A stretch of DNA of 36,159 nt from Armatimonadia bacterium. Its GTDB lineage: Bacteria; Armatimonadota; Zipacnadia; Zipacnadales; UBA11051. This document shows positions 1-8,603 of the stretch, in pieces (position 1 is the first letter of the stretch; every line of letters begins with the position of its first letter). The translations under genes were made by a program, and so were the position numbers. The stretch spans positions 1 through 36,159 of the forward strand of contig JBDKRC010000255.1 in NCBI GenBank assembly GCA_039683575.1, given 5' to 3'. The notes under the pieces were generated by a model that saw nothing but the letters and a program-made list of their open reading frames with translations, searched no databases and was not told the DNA's origin.

Positions 1-789
1 CAGTATGGCGCGGATCAGCGGCTCCGGCCAACCGAAGAAGGCCCCGACGATGATCTTCACGACAATGAACACCAGCAGGAAGGCCGTGCCGCAGCGGGGA
101 TGCAGGGCGCTGTAGAGCAGCGAGTTCTGCAACGTAACCGGCTTGCCGTCTTCATAGCAGTTGATCGTGGCGTGCTCGGCGCCATGGTACTGAAACAACC
201 GGCGAATGTCGGGCAGCAGCGAGATGACGCCGATGTAGCTGCCGATGATCACAAGCCGCACGAGGCCCTCGATGAGGTTATTGCAGATCCCCTGCCAGAC
301 GGTCCCCAGCGTTGCCGGAGCGGGCAGCCAGCCAACGATCAGAGTCGGCAGAATCATGAACAGGCCCACGCCAATGAGCATTGAGGGCAGGAGTGCAAGC
401 CAGATGGCCCAGCCCATGTCCTGCTGCTTCTTCGGTGTCTTGGGCTTGCGGCGCTTCTTGCCGTCATCAAGCACGCTCGGTACAACCTCAGCAGCCGCGG
501 CTTCCTCAGCCTGCTTCTGCTCAAGCTGCATTTGCTCATCAACGAGCACATTGAACGAAAACATCAGCGAGCGAATGCCCAGGGTCAGTGTGTCCACCAG
601 GGCGACATTCCCGCGCACGAGTGGCCATTTCGCCCACTTGTAGCGGTGGGTGAAGTCCTGGATCTCCTGGCGGATGACCGCAACGACGCCATCTTTGCGC
701 TGCACTGCGGCGGCCCAAGCATCGGTGCCCCGCATCATGACGCCTTCCATGATGGCCTGCCCGCCGTAGAAATGCTTTTCTTCAGGCAT
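1..789 (-). CDS. DUF1385 (YqhQ-like) membrane protein, 3' end truncated by window start
   Basis: Read manually because it is absent from the ORF track. ATG at 789 gives MPEEKHFYGGQAIMEGVMMRG; later FQYHGAEH and LHPRCGTAF motifs typical of DUF1385; open to position 1. This family commonly lies downstream of rpmE. Confidence 0.9.
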   Translation of the reverse strand, partial: MPEEKHFYGGQAIMEGVMMRGTDAWAAAVQRKDGVVAVIRQEIQDFTHRYKWAKWPLVRGNVALVDTLTLGIRSLMFSFNVLVDEQMQLEQKQAEEAAAAEVVPSVLDDGKKRRKPKTPKKQQDMGWAIWLALLPSMLIGVGLFMILPTLIVGWLPAPATLGTVWQGICNNLIEGLVRLVIIGSYIGVISLLPDIRRLFQYHGAEHATINCYEDGKPVTLQNSLLYSALHPRCGTAFLLVFIVVKIIVGAFFGWPEPLIRAIL

Positions 790-805
790 GATGTTGTCCA
801 GTGGC

Positions 806-836
806 GACAACCCAGGCCGGGCTGGCCTGGGTTGTC
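806..836. terminator. Perfect 13-bp intercistronic hairpin between rpmE and DUF1385
   Basis: GACAACCCAGGCC-gggct-GGCCTGGGTTGTC. No U-tract, so a weak terminator or mRNA-stabilising stem. Confidence 0.5.
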
Positions 837-861
837 TGATGAGCTTCAACTGAGGGGGGCG

Positions 862-1083
862 TTACTTCTTCTGGCCGTAGCGCTCCTGAAGCTGGTAGCG
901 CTTGATGAAGCGCTCCACGCGACCCTCGGTGTCCATGATCTTCTGCGTGCCGGTATAGAAGGGGTGGCACTTGCTGCAGATTTCAACGCGGAGTTCGGGC
1001 TTGACCGAATGCGTCTGGAAGGTCTCGCCGCAAGCGCAAGTCACCTTGCACTCCTGGTAATTCGGGTGGATGCCTGCCTTCAT
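862..1083 (-). CDS. rpmE: 50S ribosomal protein L31, zinc-binding type
   Basis: MKAGIHPNY...VTCACG...[12 protein letters not shown]; CxC and CxxC ligands intact. GGGAG upstream of ATG 1083. Confidence 0.97.
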   Translation of the reverse strand: MKAGIHPNYQECKVTCACGETFQTHSVKPELRVEICSKCHPFYTGTQKIMDTEGRVERFIKRYQLQERYGQKK

Positions 1084-1165
1084 TGTCTTCAACTCCCGCT
1101 ATGGATGCCAGGCGGCGGCAACAGCCGCGAGCCCGTGCTTATCTATCGGTTGCAAACAGGTGGAT

Positions 1166-1194
1166 ATTATACCAGTTTTCGGCCCCGCAGGCAA
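1166..1194 (-). promoter_or_regulatory. Sigma70-type promoter for rpmE
   Basis: TTGCCT (1194-1189), 17-nt spacer, TATAAT (1171-1166), with extended TGn. Confidence 0.8.
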
Positions 1195-1275
1195 CCGCAA
1201 AAGCGCGGCCACGCCCCTCGCGGGGATCGACAGATCCCCTTCCCACCAGCACTGCGCGAACTGCCCTGGGGGCAA

Positions 1276-3738
1276 TCAGAGGTTGCTTCGCGATTTCGTG
1301 GCTGTTGGCTTGGCGGCAGCTTTCAGCTTGGCCGTCGCGGCAGGCGCCTTGGGCGCTGGCTTGTAGAAGGCCACGTAGCCGCCGGTTAGCTCCGCCGTGC
1401 CGAGGGTGCCCCCGAGGTTGGACAGCAGCATCAGCTTGCCGTTCTGGTTCACGGCCACGCCAATGTGCTGGTTGCGTCGCGGGCCATACGTGAAGGGCCA
1501 GACAAGAATGTCGCCCGGGCGAGCGAGGCCGTCCTTGCGGGCCACATAGCCCCGCTCAGGCAGCCGGTTCAGCCACATCGCGGCATCGCCCAGACCCCAC
1601 CCCAACGCCTCGCGCATCGTGCGGGCGCAGCGGTTCGGGGCATGGGTAACCCTCGCCGTGGCGAGCTTCTCAACTGCCTGCCCGATCTCGTTGTCGCGAG
1701 GATAGGTCAGTACGAGGTTGCCGAAGATGCCCGTGGTCATGCCCGAGGTGAAGCTCTCGCGCCACTTATGCAGTCGCGACAGCCGCATCGAGTTAACAGG
1801 GTTCTGCTTGGCCGCAGAGGCCTGCGCGTCCATCTCGCCAAGACGCAGCACTCCGACGTACTCGTCATCCTTGACCTGTCCGGCGTTGTCCTGGGCAGGC
1901 CCCAGTTCAGGCGGAATGATGGGGAAGAGGTCATACGCCGCCCTGCTTGTCTGGGCTGAAGCGACTTCCTCCACGGCGGGTGCCAGCGGATCGGCCTCAT
2001 CAATTTCTGTCAACGGGGCTGCCAGTACCAGCCACTCCAGGGAGGCATAGGTATCATCCGGGCAGTAGCCCTCACGGGCCACGACAATCATCTCAACGCG
2101 CGCCAACCCAGTCTCAACGACGGGCTCAACACTATTGATGAACCCCTCGAGCGTCACGCCAGGGTAGCTGTCGAAGCTGACGCGCACCGGCGCGCCCTTG
2201 GGGAAGTTCGCCACATCTTTCGGATCGATGTCGCTGTAGACACGGGCCCACTCGCGGTTCGCAACCTCCAAAAGCGGCTGGCCGGGCTTGACCTGAGCGC
2301 CTGGCGCGGCGATCTGGCGAACCACGAGACCGTCACCGGGCGCCGACTGGTCGATCCAGCGAGGGTCGGCCAGGCGCTTGACTTCCTGCGGCACCGACGG
2401 GATCTCAGATTGAGACTGCAAGGCGAAGCGGGGAGAATCCGAGCGCGGTAGCCGCCGCAGTTCCGGGCGCGGGCGTCGCGTCGGTGACGGGAAAGACTCC
2501 GCCACACGCGGTGTAGCTGCCCGGCGCACGTAAGCCGGAGCTTCCGCGGCACGTCGCGGACTCGGCGCAACCGCCGCCTGATGCGCGGGCTGGCGTACCA
2601 CGGCCTCGGCCCGCGCGGCCAATGTCGCCGCGCTCGAGCGCGCCTGGCTTACTTGCTCGTCAAGCTGGTCCTGCAGCGCGGCTACACGCTCTGTGGCCAT
2701 CTCGCGGGCATGAACGGCCTCTGAGCGCTTGCGTTGCAGATCCTGCACTTCGTCACTGAGCGAGGAGACCTTGGCCTGCGCAGACTCGTACACGTTACGC
2801 GCGAGCACGCCCTGGTTGTACAGGCGCTCACGCGCGGCGGCGTCGTCCTTGGCTGCAGCCAGGTCTTCTTGCGCCCCGTCCAATTGCTTGTCAACCCGCG
2901 CCAGTGACTGCGTCAACTCGCTAACGCGGTCATGGGCCTCTGAGAGTTCGTTGGTAAGCCGCGTGACGCTGCGTACCGATGAGGATTGTACGGCTTTGCG
3001 TTCGGCTGACGGCGCTGGGGGCAGTGCGGCGAGCCCATTGGCTGGTGCCAGTGCCGAATGCGGAGCCTGGGCAGTGAGATCAGCGCGCGGCGCGGGACCA
3101 AGTGTGGCCTGCGGGGCGACTGCAACCCTACGTGGGGCCGGACGGATGCCCAGCAGGCGCTGGATGGCCGTCGGCTTCGGAAAGTCAGCGGGGGGCAAAG
3201 GCGGAAGGCCAGCCTGCCGCGGCGCGATGACGAACGGACCGTTGGCAAAGCGCGACATGGCGCTCTCGCCGATTTTGAGGTCCGACAGAATGCCGAGATC
3301 ATACAGCCGCACGAGCGGCTGCCCGGCGCGCGTCAGACCGTCGCCACTATACAGGTACTCGACGACGCCCGCGGCCTGCGCCCGGATGACATAGAAAGCG
3401 GTGCGGCGCATGGCCTGCTCGGGATCGATGCGTCCCTTGCCAACCTCAACCCGCCCCACCGGCATCCGCGACAGGGACTTCGGCTCGGGCAGCGCAACCA
3501 GGGCGTGGGATGGCTTCTGCCGTGCCTCGACCGGCACAGGGCGCTTGGCCCTGGCAGAGCTGCCCCAGGCCTCGGGGAGTTCGTCGGCAAAGGGTGAAGG
3601 GGTGACCGCAGGCGTAGCGGGCGGCAGAGCCGCCTGCAGGGGTGCAAGACACAGTAGAGTGATTGCCAGCGCAGGCAGCAGAAAGCGCCCGAGCGTGACG
3701 CGCGTTTGGTTCTTCATGTTGTTCTTCATATAAGACAA
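1276..3738 (-). CDS. Secreted HlyD/membrane-fusion-protein-like protein with C-terminal CHAP/NlpC-P60-like domain
   Basis: Signal peptide (..LLCLAPLQA); split lipoyl-like motifs (IRAQAAGVV..RAGQPLVRL and SAPGDGLVV..VKPGQPLLEV); coiled coil with RERLYNQGVLAR; beta-barrel-like segment (GAPVRVSFDSYPG..EGFI); C-terminal NRCART..PGDILVW..QHIGV. Exact start uncertain (TTG 3738 or nearby ATGs). Confidence 0.75.
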   Translation of the reverse strand: MSYMKNNMKNQTRVTLGRFLLPALAITLLCLAPLQAALPPATPAVTPSPFADELPEAWGSSARAKRPVPVEARQKPSHALVALPEPKSLSRMPVGRVEVGKGRIDPEQAMRRTAFYVIRAQAAGVVEYLYSGDGLTRAGQPLVRLYDLGILSDLKIGESAMSRFANGPFVIAPRQAGLPPLPPADFPKPTAIQRLLGIRPAPRRVAVAPQATLGPAPRADLTAQAPHSALAPANGLAALPPAPSAERKAVQSSSVRSVTRLTNELSEAHDRVSELTQSLARVDKQLDGAQEDLAAAKDDAAARERLYNQGVLARNVYESAQAKVSSLSDEVQDLQRKRSEAVHAREMATERVAALQDQLDEQVSQARSSAATLAARAEAVVRQPAHQAAVAPSPRRAAEAPAYVRRAATPRVAESFPSPTRRPRPELRRLPRSDSPRFALQSQSEIPSVPQEVKRLADPRWIDQSAPGDGLVVRQIAAPGAQVKPGQPLLEVANREWARVYSDIDPKDVANFPKGAPVRVSFDSYPGVTLEGFINSVEPVVETGLARVEMIVVAREGYCPDDTYASLEWLVLAAPLTEIDEADPLAPAVEEVASAQTSRAAYDLFPIIPPELGPAQDNAGQVKDDEYVGVLRLGEMDAQASAAKQNPVNSMRLSRLHKWRESFTSGMTTGIFGNLVLTYPRDNEIGQAVEKLATARVTHAPNRCARTMREALGWGLGDAAMWLNRLPERGYVARKDGLARPGDILVWPFTYGPRRNQHIGVAVNQNGKLMLLSNLGGTLGTAELTGGYVAFYKPAPKAPAATAKLKAAAKPTATKSRSNL

Positions 3739-3753
3739 ACCAGCGACTAAAAT

Positions 3754-3801
3754 GGTTCGGAGTTGGGCACGTTTTGAGGCGATAGGTTCCCGCCCCGAAC
3801 C
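3754..3801 (-). terminator. Imperfect hairpin downstream of the isomerase gene
   Basis: Minus strand GGTTCGGGGCGGGAAC...GTGCCCAACTCCGAACC followed by ATTTT. Confidence 0.35.
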
Positions 3802-3811
3802 GTACGGCAGC

Positions 3812-4645
3812 CTACCACATGCCCAGTTCCCGCATTGTGCGCTTCAGGTAATCCAGATCGCGTTGGCCGGCTACGCTTGGGTCACCGAGGCCACAGTACT
3901 CGCAGCAAACATGCCCCTGGTAGCCCGAATCGCGCACTGCGCGCAGGATCCGGTAGTAGTCCAGATGGCCGTTGTCGAGCATATAGGAGTAGTCAGTACC
4001 GCCGCCTGCGAGCCGCCGGCAGTTCTTGGCATGGACGTAACCAAGCCGACCGGTGAGCATTTCAACCGCCGAAACGGCGTCTTCGGCATGCGGTGTACCA
4101 TACATATTGCCTGCGTCAAGGTTCGCTGTCAATAGCTGGCTGCCCACTGCGTCGAGAATTCGCAGGGTCGAGGCAGCGGTATCGTGCAGTGCGTGCATGT
4201 GTATCTCATAAGAACATGTCATATTAAGGCTCTCAAGTTCCCGCATGACCTGCTTGAAAGCCTCCGCAGCCCGCTCGTAGTGAACGTCAGTGGCCACCTG
4301 AGAGCCGCTCTGAGACCGGTCTTCGCCCCAAAGCGCGCCCACGCCCGAATTGATCTTCTCGACCCCCAGGTCCTTGAGGTGGGGGAGACCGGCCAGGAGC
4401 TTGTCCAGCGACGCCTGCGCCGCGTCACGATCGTCCTGAATGACGTCAGCGCTCCAGGCCGCCACGGGGGCCGTGACGCCGTACTTGGCCATGGTATCGC
4501 CAATCCATGACTTAGCCTCAGCGAGGTCCTGATCGCGGAAGTGGCACGGACAGAGCTCAATACCTTCCCAGCCGTGCTCCCGGGCCTTGCGGCAGGCCCG
4601 TTCGAAGTCGTAGCCGCGGTACGTATAGGCATTCATGAGGATCAT
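3812..4645 (-). CDS. Sugar phosphate isomerase/epimerase (xylose-isomerase-like TIM barrel)
   Basis: GWEGIEL, YEIH, LDAGN, YVHAKN and CEY metal-ligand pattern. GGAGG 7 nt before ATG 4645, so the longer ORF-track start is unlikely. Confidence 0.85.
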   Translation of the reverse strand: MILMNAYTYRGYDFERACRKAREHGWEGIELCPCHFRDQDLAEAKSWIGDTMAKYGVTAPVAAWSADVIQDDRDAAQASLDKLLAGLPHLKDLGVEKINSGVGALWGEDRSQSGSQVATDVHYERAAEAFKQVMRELESLNMTCSYEIHMHALHDTAASTLRILDAVGSQLLTANLDAGNMYGTPHAEDAVSAVEMLTGRLGYVHAKNCRRLAGGGTDYSYMLDNGHLDYYRILRAVRDSGYQGHVCCEYCGLGDPSVAGQRDLDYLKRTMRELGMW

Positions 4646-4786
4646 AATGTCGCCTCCGGGGTTAAGAGCGTCAGGGCGTCTGCTTCGATTTGCAGTGACA
4701 GGGGACCTTCTTGAAGGGTCACTGCCGGAGTATGGGGAAGCTATGGTCTTGACGGGGATGGGGGACACCACAGGAGGATTTGTGAC

Positions 4787-7270
4787 ATGCGTTGGCTTCT
4801 TGCAGCATTACTCATCACGGTACTAACCGCTGGCTTTGCGGCAGCGGACCTCGCTGTAGTTCAGGACGGGCAGGCGAAGGCTCAGATAGTCATCGCCTCA
4901 GCGGCCCCCGAAGCCGTCGAGGCCGCCGAAGCCCTGCAGAAGTACTTCCGGGCCATGAGCGGCGCAGAACTCGGGCTGGTGCCCACCGAGCAGCAACCCG
5001 CTCAGTTCAAACGCCCCGCTGGCCCCGCAGTAATCGTGGCCGCCCCCGAGTACCTCAACGCGCTGGGGCTCCCTGCCGCCACCGCCCTTCTCGCGAAGGT
5101 CCGGGACGATGGCTTCATGATCTGGTCCGATGGCAGCCAGACCGTCGTAATCAGCGCCAAGAAGCCCACAGCCCTGGTCTTCGCCGCCTATGAGCTCCTG
5201 CAGAAGCTGGGTTGCCGCTGGTTCTTCCCTGGCGAACTGGGCGAGGAGATACCGCAACTGAAGACCATCCGCCTCAGCGCCCTCGCCGAGGTTCAGAACC
5301 CCGGCATGGTTGACCGCAACATGTGGTATGCCTACGGCGGCCGCCCCGACTGGCAGAAGAACGGCTACCTGCTCTGGCGCAAGCAAAACCGCATGGGCGG
5401 CCTTGGTTTCAGCGCCGGGCACAATCTCGCGCGGATCGTCCCGCCCAGCCTCTATGCAACCCACCCGGAGTACTTCCCCCTGCAGGGCGGCAAGCGCGTG
5501 AACCCCACCGAGAGCAACAACTGGCAGCCCTGCACGAGTAACCCCGAAGTCATTGCGCTGGCCGTGGCGGCCGCTGACGCGTATTTCAAGGAGAACCCTG
5601 ACGCCTCGAGCTTCTCGCTCTCGCCCAACGACGGCTACGGCTGGTGCGAGTGTGACAACTGCAAGGCCCAGGACCCGGCCGACCAGCGCCAGCAGCGCAA
5701 CCAGTACAAGGGCCGCCGCACCCTTCTCTTCGTCAACGCCGTTGCCCGGCAGATCGCCCCGAAGCATCCCGGTAAGTACCTGGCCTGGTACGCTTACGCC
5801 GGAACGGTCGAGCCTCCCACCGACGTACGGGCCGAGCCGAACGTTCTCACCTCATTGGCCCACTACGGCTACTGCGGCTGCAATGTGCATCCCATGGCCG
5901 ACCCGAACTGCCCGCTGAACGTGAAGTTCATGGGCATCATGGACGGCTGGAGCAAGCAGGCCGACAAGCTGATGATTCGCGAGTACTGGAGCATGCTGTG
6001 CCCCGAAGAGGACGCCATGGGCCGGATAGCCACGGCGTACGCCCTGGCCGAGGACATTCCACTGCTGGTCAAGCGGGGCTTCATCGGCGCGAGCGCCGAG
6101 AGCGAGCCGGAATGTGGTTCCTCCGCGCTCAATTTCTACCTCGCCGCCAAGTTCATGTGGAATTCCGAGCAGTCGCTTGAACCGATTCTGGCAGACTACT
6201 ACCAGGGCATGTACGGCCCAGCCGCCAAACCCATGCGCGACTTCTTCGAGGGGATCGTGGGGAAATGCCGCGAGCGCAACCACCGCGGGAATTTCTTCAC
6301 CGACGAGGAGTACCCGGCGATGGCCGCCGAGATTGAGAAGATCGCGCCCCTTGCCGCCACCGACAAGCAGCGCGGGCGCATCAAGATGACGCAGGACTTC
6401 GTGAAGTATACGACGCTCTTGCACCAGTACAATCTCAAGCCGACCAAGGCGTTGCGTGAGGAGATCGACGCCTTCGTCGCCGAGGTTGAGCGCCAGCAGC
6501 TATTCACCATGGACACGGTGATGCACAAGGCGACCTTCAGCAAGCGCAGCAGCGCCGCGGCAATCAAGGAAGCCGAGAAGCTGGCGGTCAAACCAACTCG
6601 TCTCGCCGTACCGGAAGCCCAACTCCTGCCGAAGCTCGCTCAGGCCGCCCCGACAGCGCGCGGCAAGCACGTCTTTGCCCTGTTGGTAGCACCAGGGGAG
6701 GGTCTGGAGGCCACCGTTGCCGTCCGCCGCCTGGGACGCTACACCGTCCCGACCGCATGGGCGCTGGTCGGCCCCGACGCGAAGCTCCTCCAGCAGGGAG
6801 AGGCCACGATTGAGGAGCCGACGGTAATCTCCTTGCCGCAGGCGCAGCCGGGCACCTACACCATCGTGGTAGACAGTGGCCAGAATGCCTGCCGGGTTAC
6901 CGCCAAGAACCGCGGCCTCTCGCTTGTGGGTCAGCAGTTCGACCTGCTCGGCGGGCAGCCCGTTCAGTATGTCTACGTCCCGGCCGGCACAAAGAGCTTC
7001 AGCGTGCGCCTTGAGACCGGCGCGCCTGGTGAAACAGGAATGCTGGTAGTGCTGGATCCGTCCGGAGCCAAGGTAGCGGAGGGCGACACCACGCAGACGG
7101 GCCTCGTCGAACTCAAGGTCACAGTCCCAGACGGCATGGCCGGCAAGCTCTGGCAGATCCAGATTGCTCCGGCCCCGACGGGCGTCATGGAAGACCTGAA
7201 ACTGAGCCTCGGTGAGGGCCTCGCACCCTACATAGCCGTCGAGCCCGCCAGATTGCTAATCTCCGAGTAA
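4787..7270 (+). CDS. Secreted DUF4838-type protein (glycoside-hydrolase-related) with C-terminal beta-sandwich extension
   Basis: AGGAGGA RBS; signal peptide; GH67/GH20-like N-domain (AAEALQKYFRAMSG, LGCRWFFPG); HPEYFPL, QPCTSNPEV, SLSPNDG..WCECDNC and YAY motifs. Confidence 0.8.
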   Translation: MRWLLAALLITVLTAGFAAADLAVVQDGQAKAQIVIASAAPEAVEAAEALQKYFRAMSGAELGLVPTEQQPAQFKRPAGPAVIVAAPEYLNALGLPAATALLAKVRDDGFMIWSDGSQTVVISAKKPTALVFAAYELLQKLGCRWFFPGELGEEIPQLKTIRLSALAEVQNPGMVDRNMWYAYGGRPDWQKNGYLLWRKQNRMGGLGFSAGHNLARIVPPSLYATHPEYFPLQGGKRVNPTESNNWQPCTSNPEVIALAVAAADAYFKENPDASSFSLSPNDGYGWCECDNCKAQDPADQRQQRNQYKGRRTLLFVNAVARQIAPKHPGKYLAWYAYAGTVEPPTDVRAEPNVLTSLAHYGYCGCNVHPMADPNCPLNVKFMGIMDGWSKQADKLMIREYWSMLCPEEDAMGRIATAYALAEDIPLLVKRGFIGASAESEPECGSSALNFYLAAKFMWNSEQSLEPILADYYQGMYGPAAKPMRDFFEGIVGKCRERNHRGNFFTDEEYPAMAAEIEKIAPLAATDKQRGRIKMTQDFVKYTTLLHQYNLKPTKALREEIDAFVAEVERQQLFTMDTVMHKATFSKRSSAAAIKEAEKLAVKPTRLAVPEAQLLPKLAQAAPTARGKHVFALLVAPGEGLEATVAVRRLGRYTVPTAWALVGPDAKLLQQGEATIEEPTVISLPQAQPGTYTIVVDSGQNACRVTAKNRGLSLVGQQFDLLGGQPVQYVYVPAGTKSFSVRLETGAPGETGMLVVLDPSGAKVAEGDTTQTGLVELKVTVPDGMAGKLWQIQIAPAPTGVMEDLKLSLGEGLAPYIAVEPARLLISE

Positions 7271-7283
7271 CCTGCGCCTAACG

Positions 7284-7332
7284 GTAGGAGCGGTCCCCTG
7301 ACCGCGATTTCGGCTGTCAGGCCCGCTCCTAC
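7284..7332. repeat. Inverted pair of GTAG REP-like elements between convergent genes
   Basis: GTAGGAGCGGTC-ccct-GACCGC at 7284-7305; GTAGGAGCGG (7284-7293) is the exact reverse complement of 7323-7332. Confidence 0.65.
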
Positions 7333-7874
7333 CCTCCCCAGCGCTCCGGCCACTTCTCCCGGTACTCCTCGGCCAGCAGCCCCATGACGATCAGGTCCTG
7401 GTACCTGCCGTGCCTGAAGATGGCCTCACGCCGCCGTCCCTCGTGCACAAATCCCACCTTCTCGTAGCAGCGGATGGCGCGGGCGTTCTCCGCAAACACA
7501 TCCAGCTGAATACGGTGCAGGTTGCATTGGGTGAACCCGAAGCCGCAAAGCGTAAGCATCGCGTCGGTTCCATAGCCGCCGTTCCAGTACTCCTTGTCCC
7601 CGATACTGATCCCCAGACTCGCCCAGCCGTCGAGGTGGTTGATGGAAACGAGACCACATGAGCCGATGAGTTTGCCATCGTGGGTCTCGATTGCCATGTG
7701 TAGTTCCTTGAGCGGATCGTGTTCCTTCTCCAGCCAGTGCCGCTCATCGCGCAGCGAGATCGGAAACCGCATCCCAAGGTACTTGGTCACCTCGGGATCA
7801 TTCATCCACCGGTGCAGTGCTTCGAGGTCCGTTTCCTCCAGCGCCCGTAGCGCGACCTTATCGCCTCTGATCAT
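7329..7874 (-). CDS. GNAT N-acetyltransferase, RimJ/RimL/SpeG-like
   Basis: VALRALEETDL, YWNGGYGTDAM, NLHRIQLDV..NARAIRCYEKVGF..EGRRRE; AGGAG RBS. Confidence 0.92.
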   Translation of the reverse strand: MIRGDKVALRALEETDLEALHRWMNDPEVTKYLGMRFPISLRDERHWLEKEHDPLKELHMAIETHDGKLIGSCGLVSINHLDGWASLGISIGDKEYWNGGYGTDAMLTLCGFGFTQCNLHRIQLDVFAENARAIRCYEKVGFVHEGRRREAIFRHGRYQDLIVMGLLAEEYREKWPERWGG

Positions 7875-7948
7875 GACATTGCTCCTGTGCGCAGGTTAAC
7901 ACCCCTATAGCGTGAGGCCCCTTCGGCCCTAAACGGCTCAGAAAAGTA

Positions 7949-7977
7949 TTGACCAATCGAACATTATTGTATATACA
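7949..7977 (+). promoter_or_regulatory. Putative promoter with overlapping palindromic operator
   Basis: TTGACC (7949-7954), 17 nt, TATACA (7972-7977); perfect palindrome TGTATATACA at 7968-7977 in an AT-rich divergent spacer. Confidence 0.45.
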
Positions 7978-8017
7978 GATGTCATTGAACGCTAAGAATA
8001 GACTGTGAGGTGGCATC

Positions 8018-8593
8018 ATGAGCCAGACCAAGCGCATCGAGACAGCCGAACAGCTTTTCGCGGTGATGGGTGACCTGCGTCGGATGCGGATTCTGGAGAT
8101 CCTCACCGAACGCCAGGCGTCGGCCAAGGAGCTTGCCACGCTGATTCAGGAGTCGCCGCAGACCACGCACTACCATACCAAGCTGCTTGAGAAGGCCGGC
8201 CTGATCGAAATCGTGGAGAAGCGGGAGGTGCGGGGAGCGCTGGAGAAGTTCTACCGCGCGGTGGCAGACCGTTTTGAAGTGGTGGATTCAGTGGGGAAGG
8301 GACTGTCGGAGCCGGGGATCTGGGTGGAGACGCTGCGAAACTTCCTTGACCTTGGTCGCTATGGAGACGAGGAAGACGGGGAGGGTGTGCGTGTGGTGAA
8401 CATGCTCGCCATCCGAACCGATCCTGCGCGCCTGGCGGAGTTCGAGAAGCGGCTGGGCGAGTTGATCCAGGAGTTCCAGGCGCTGGAGGAGCAAACCGGG
8501 CCGCGCTTTGGGTTTGTCCAGGCGCTCTTCCCGATCTCAGACGACGCCCCGCTGCCCGAGCGCCCGGAGGTCTTCTCGCAGTCGCCTGAATAG
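8018..8593 (+). CDS. ArsR-like winged-helix transcriptional regulator
   Basis: RRMRILEIL..ASAKELA..PQTTHYHTKLLEKAGLIEIVEKREVRGALEKFYRAVA; GAGG RBS. Confidence 0.88.
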   Translation: MSQTKRIETAEQLFAVMGDLRRMRILEILTERQASAKELATLIQESPQTTHYHTKLLEKAGLIEIVEKREVRGALEKFYRAVADRFEVVDSVGKGLSEPGIWVETLRNFLDLGRYGDEEDGEGVRVVNMLAIRTDPARLAEFEKRLGELIQEFQALEEQTGPRFGFVQALFPISDDAPLPERPEVFSQSPE

Positions 8594-8603
8594 GTACGCG
8601 GCG

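Noticed and set aside
1222-1239. Hairpin GGGGATC-gaca-GATCCCC as terminator of the HlyD-like gene
   Set aside because: The stem is real but there is no U-tract on the minus strand, so function is unsupported.
100-1493. Plus-strand ORFs over the first 1.5 kb
   Set aside because: The real genes (DUF1385, rpmE) are on the minus strand with clear motifs.
4646-4771. N-terminal extension of the isomerase ORF
   Set aside because: A strong GGAGG precedes ATG 4645; the extension would fill the divergent promoter region.
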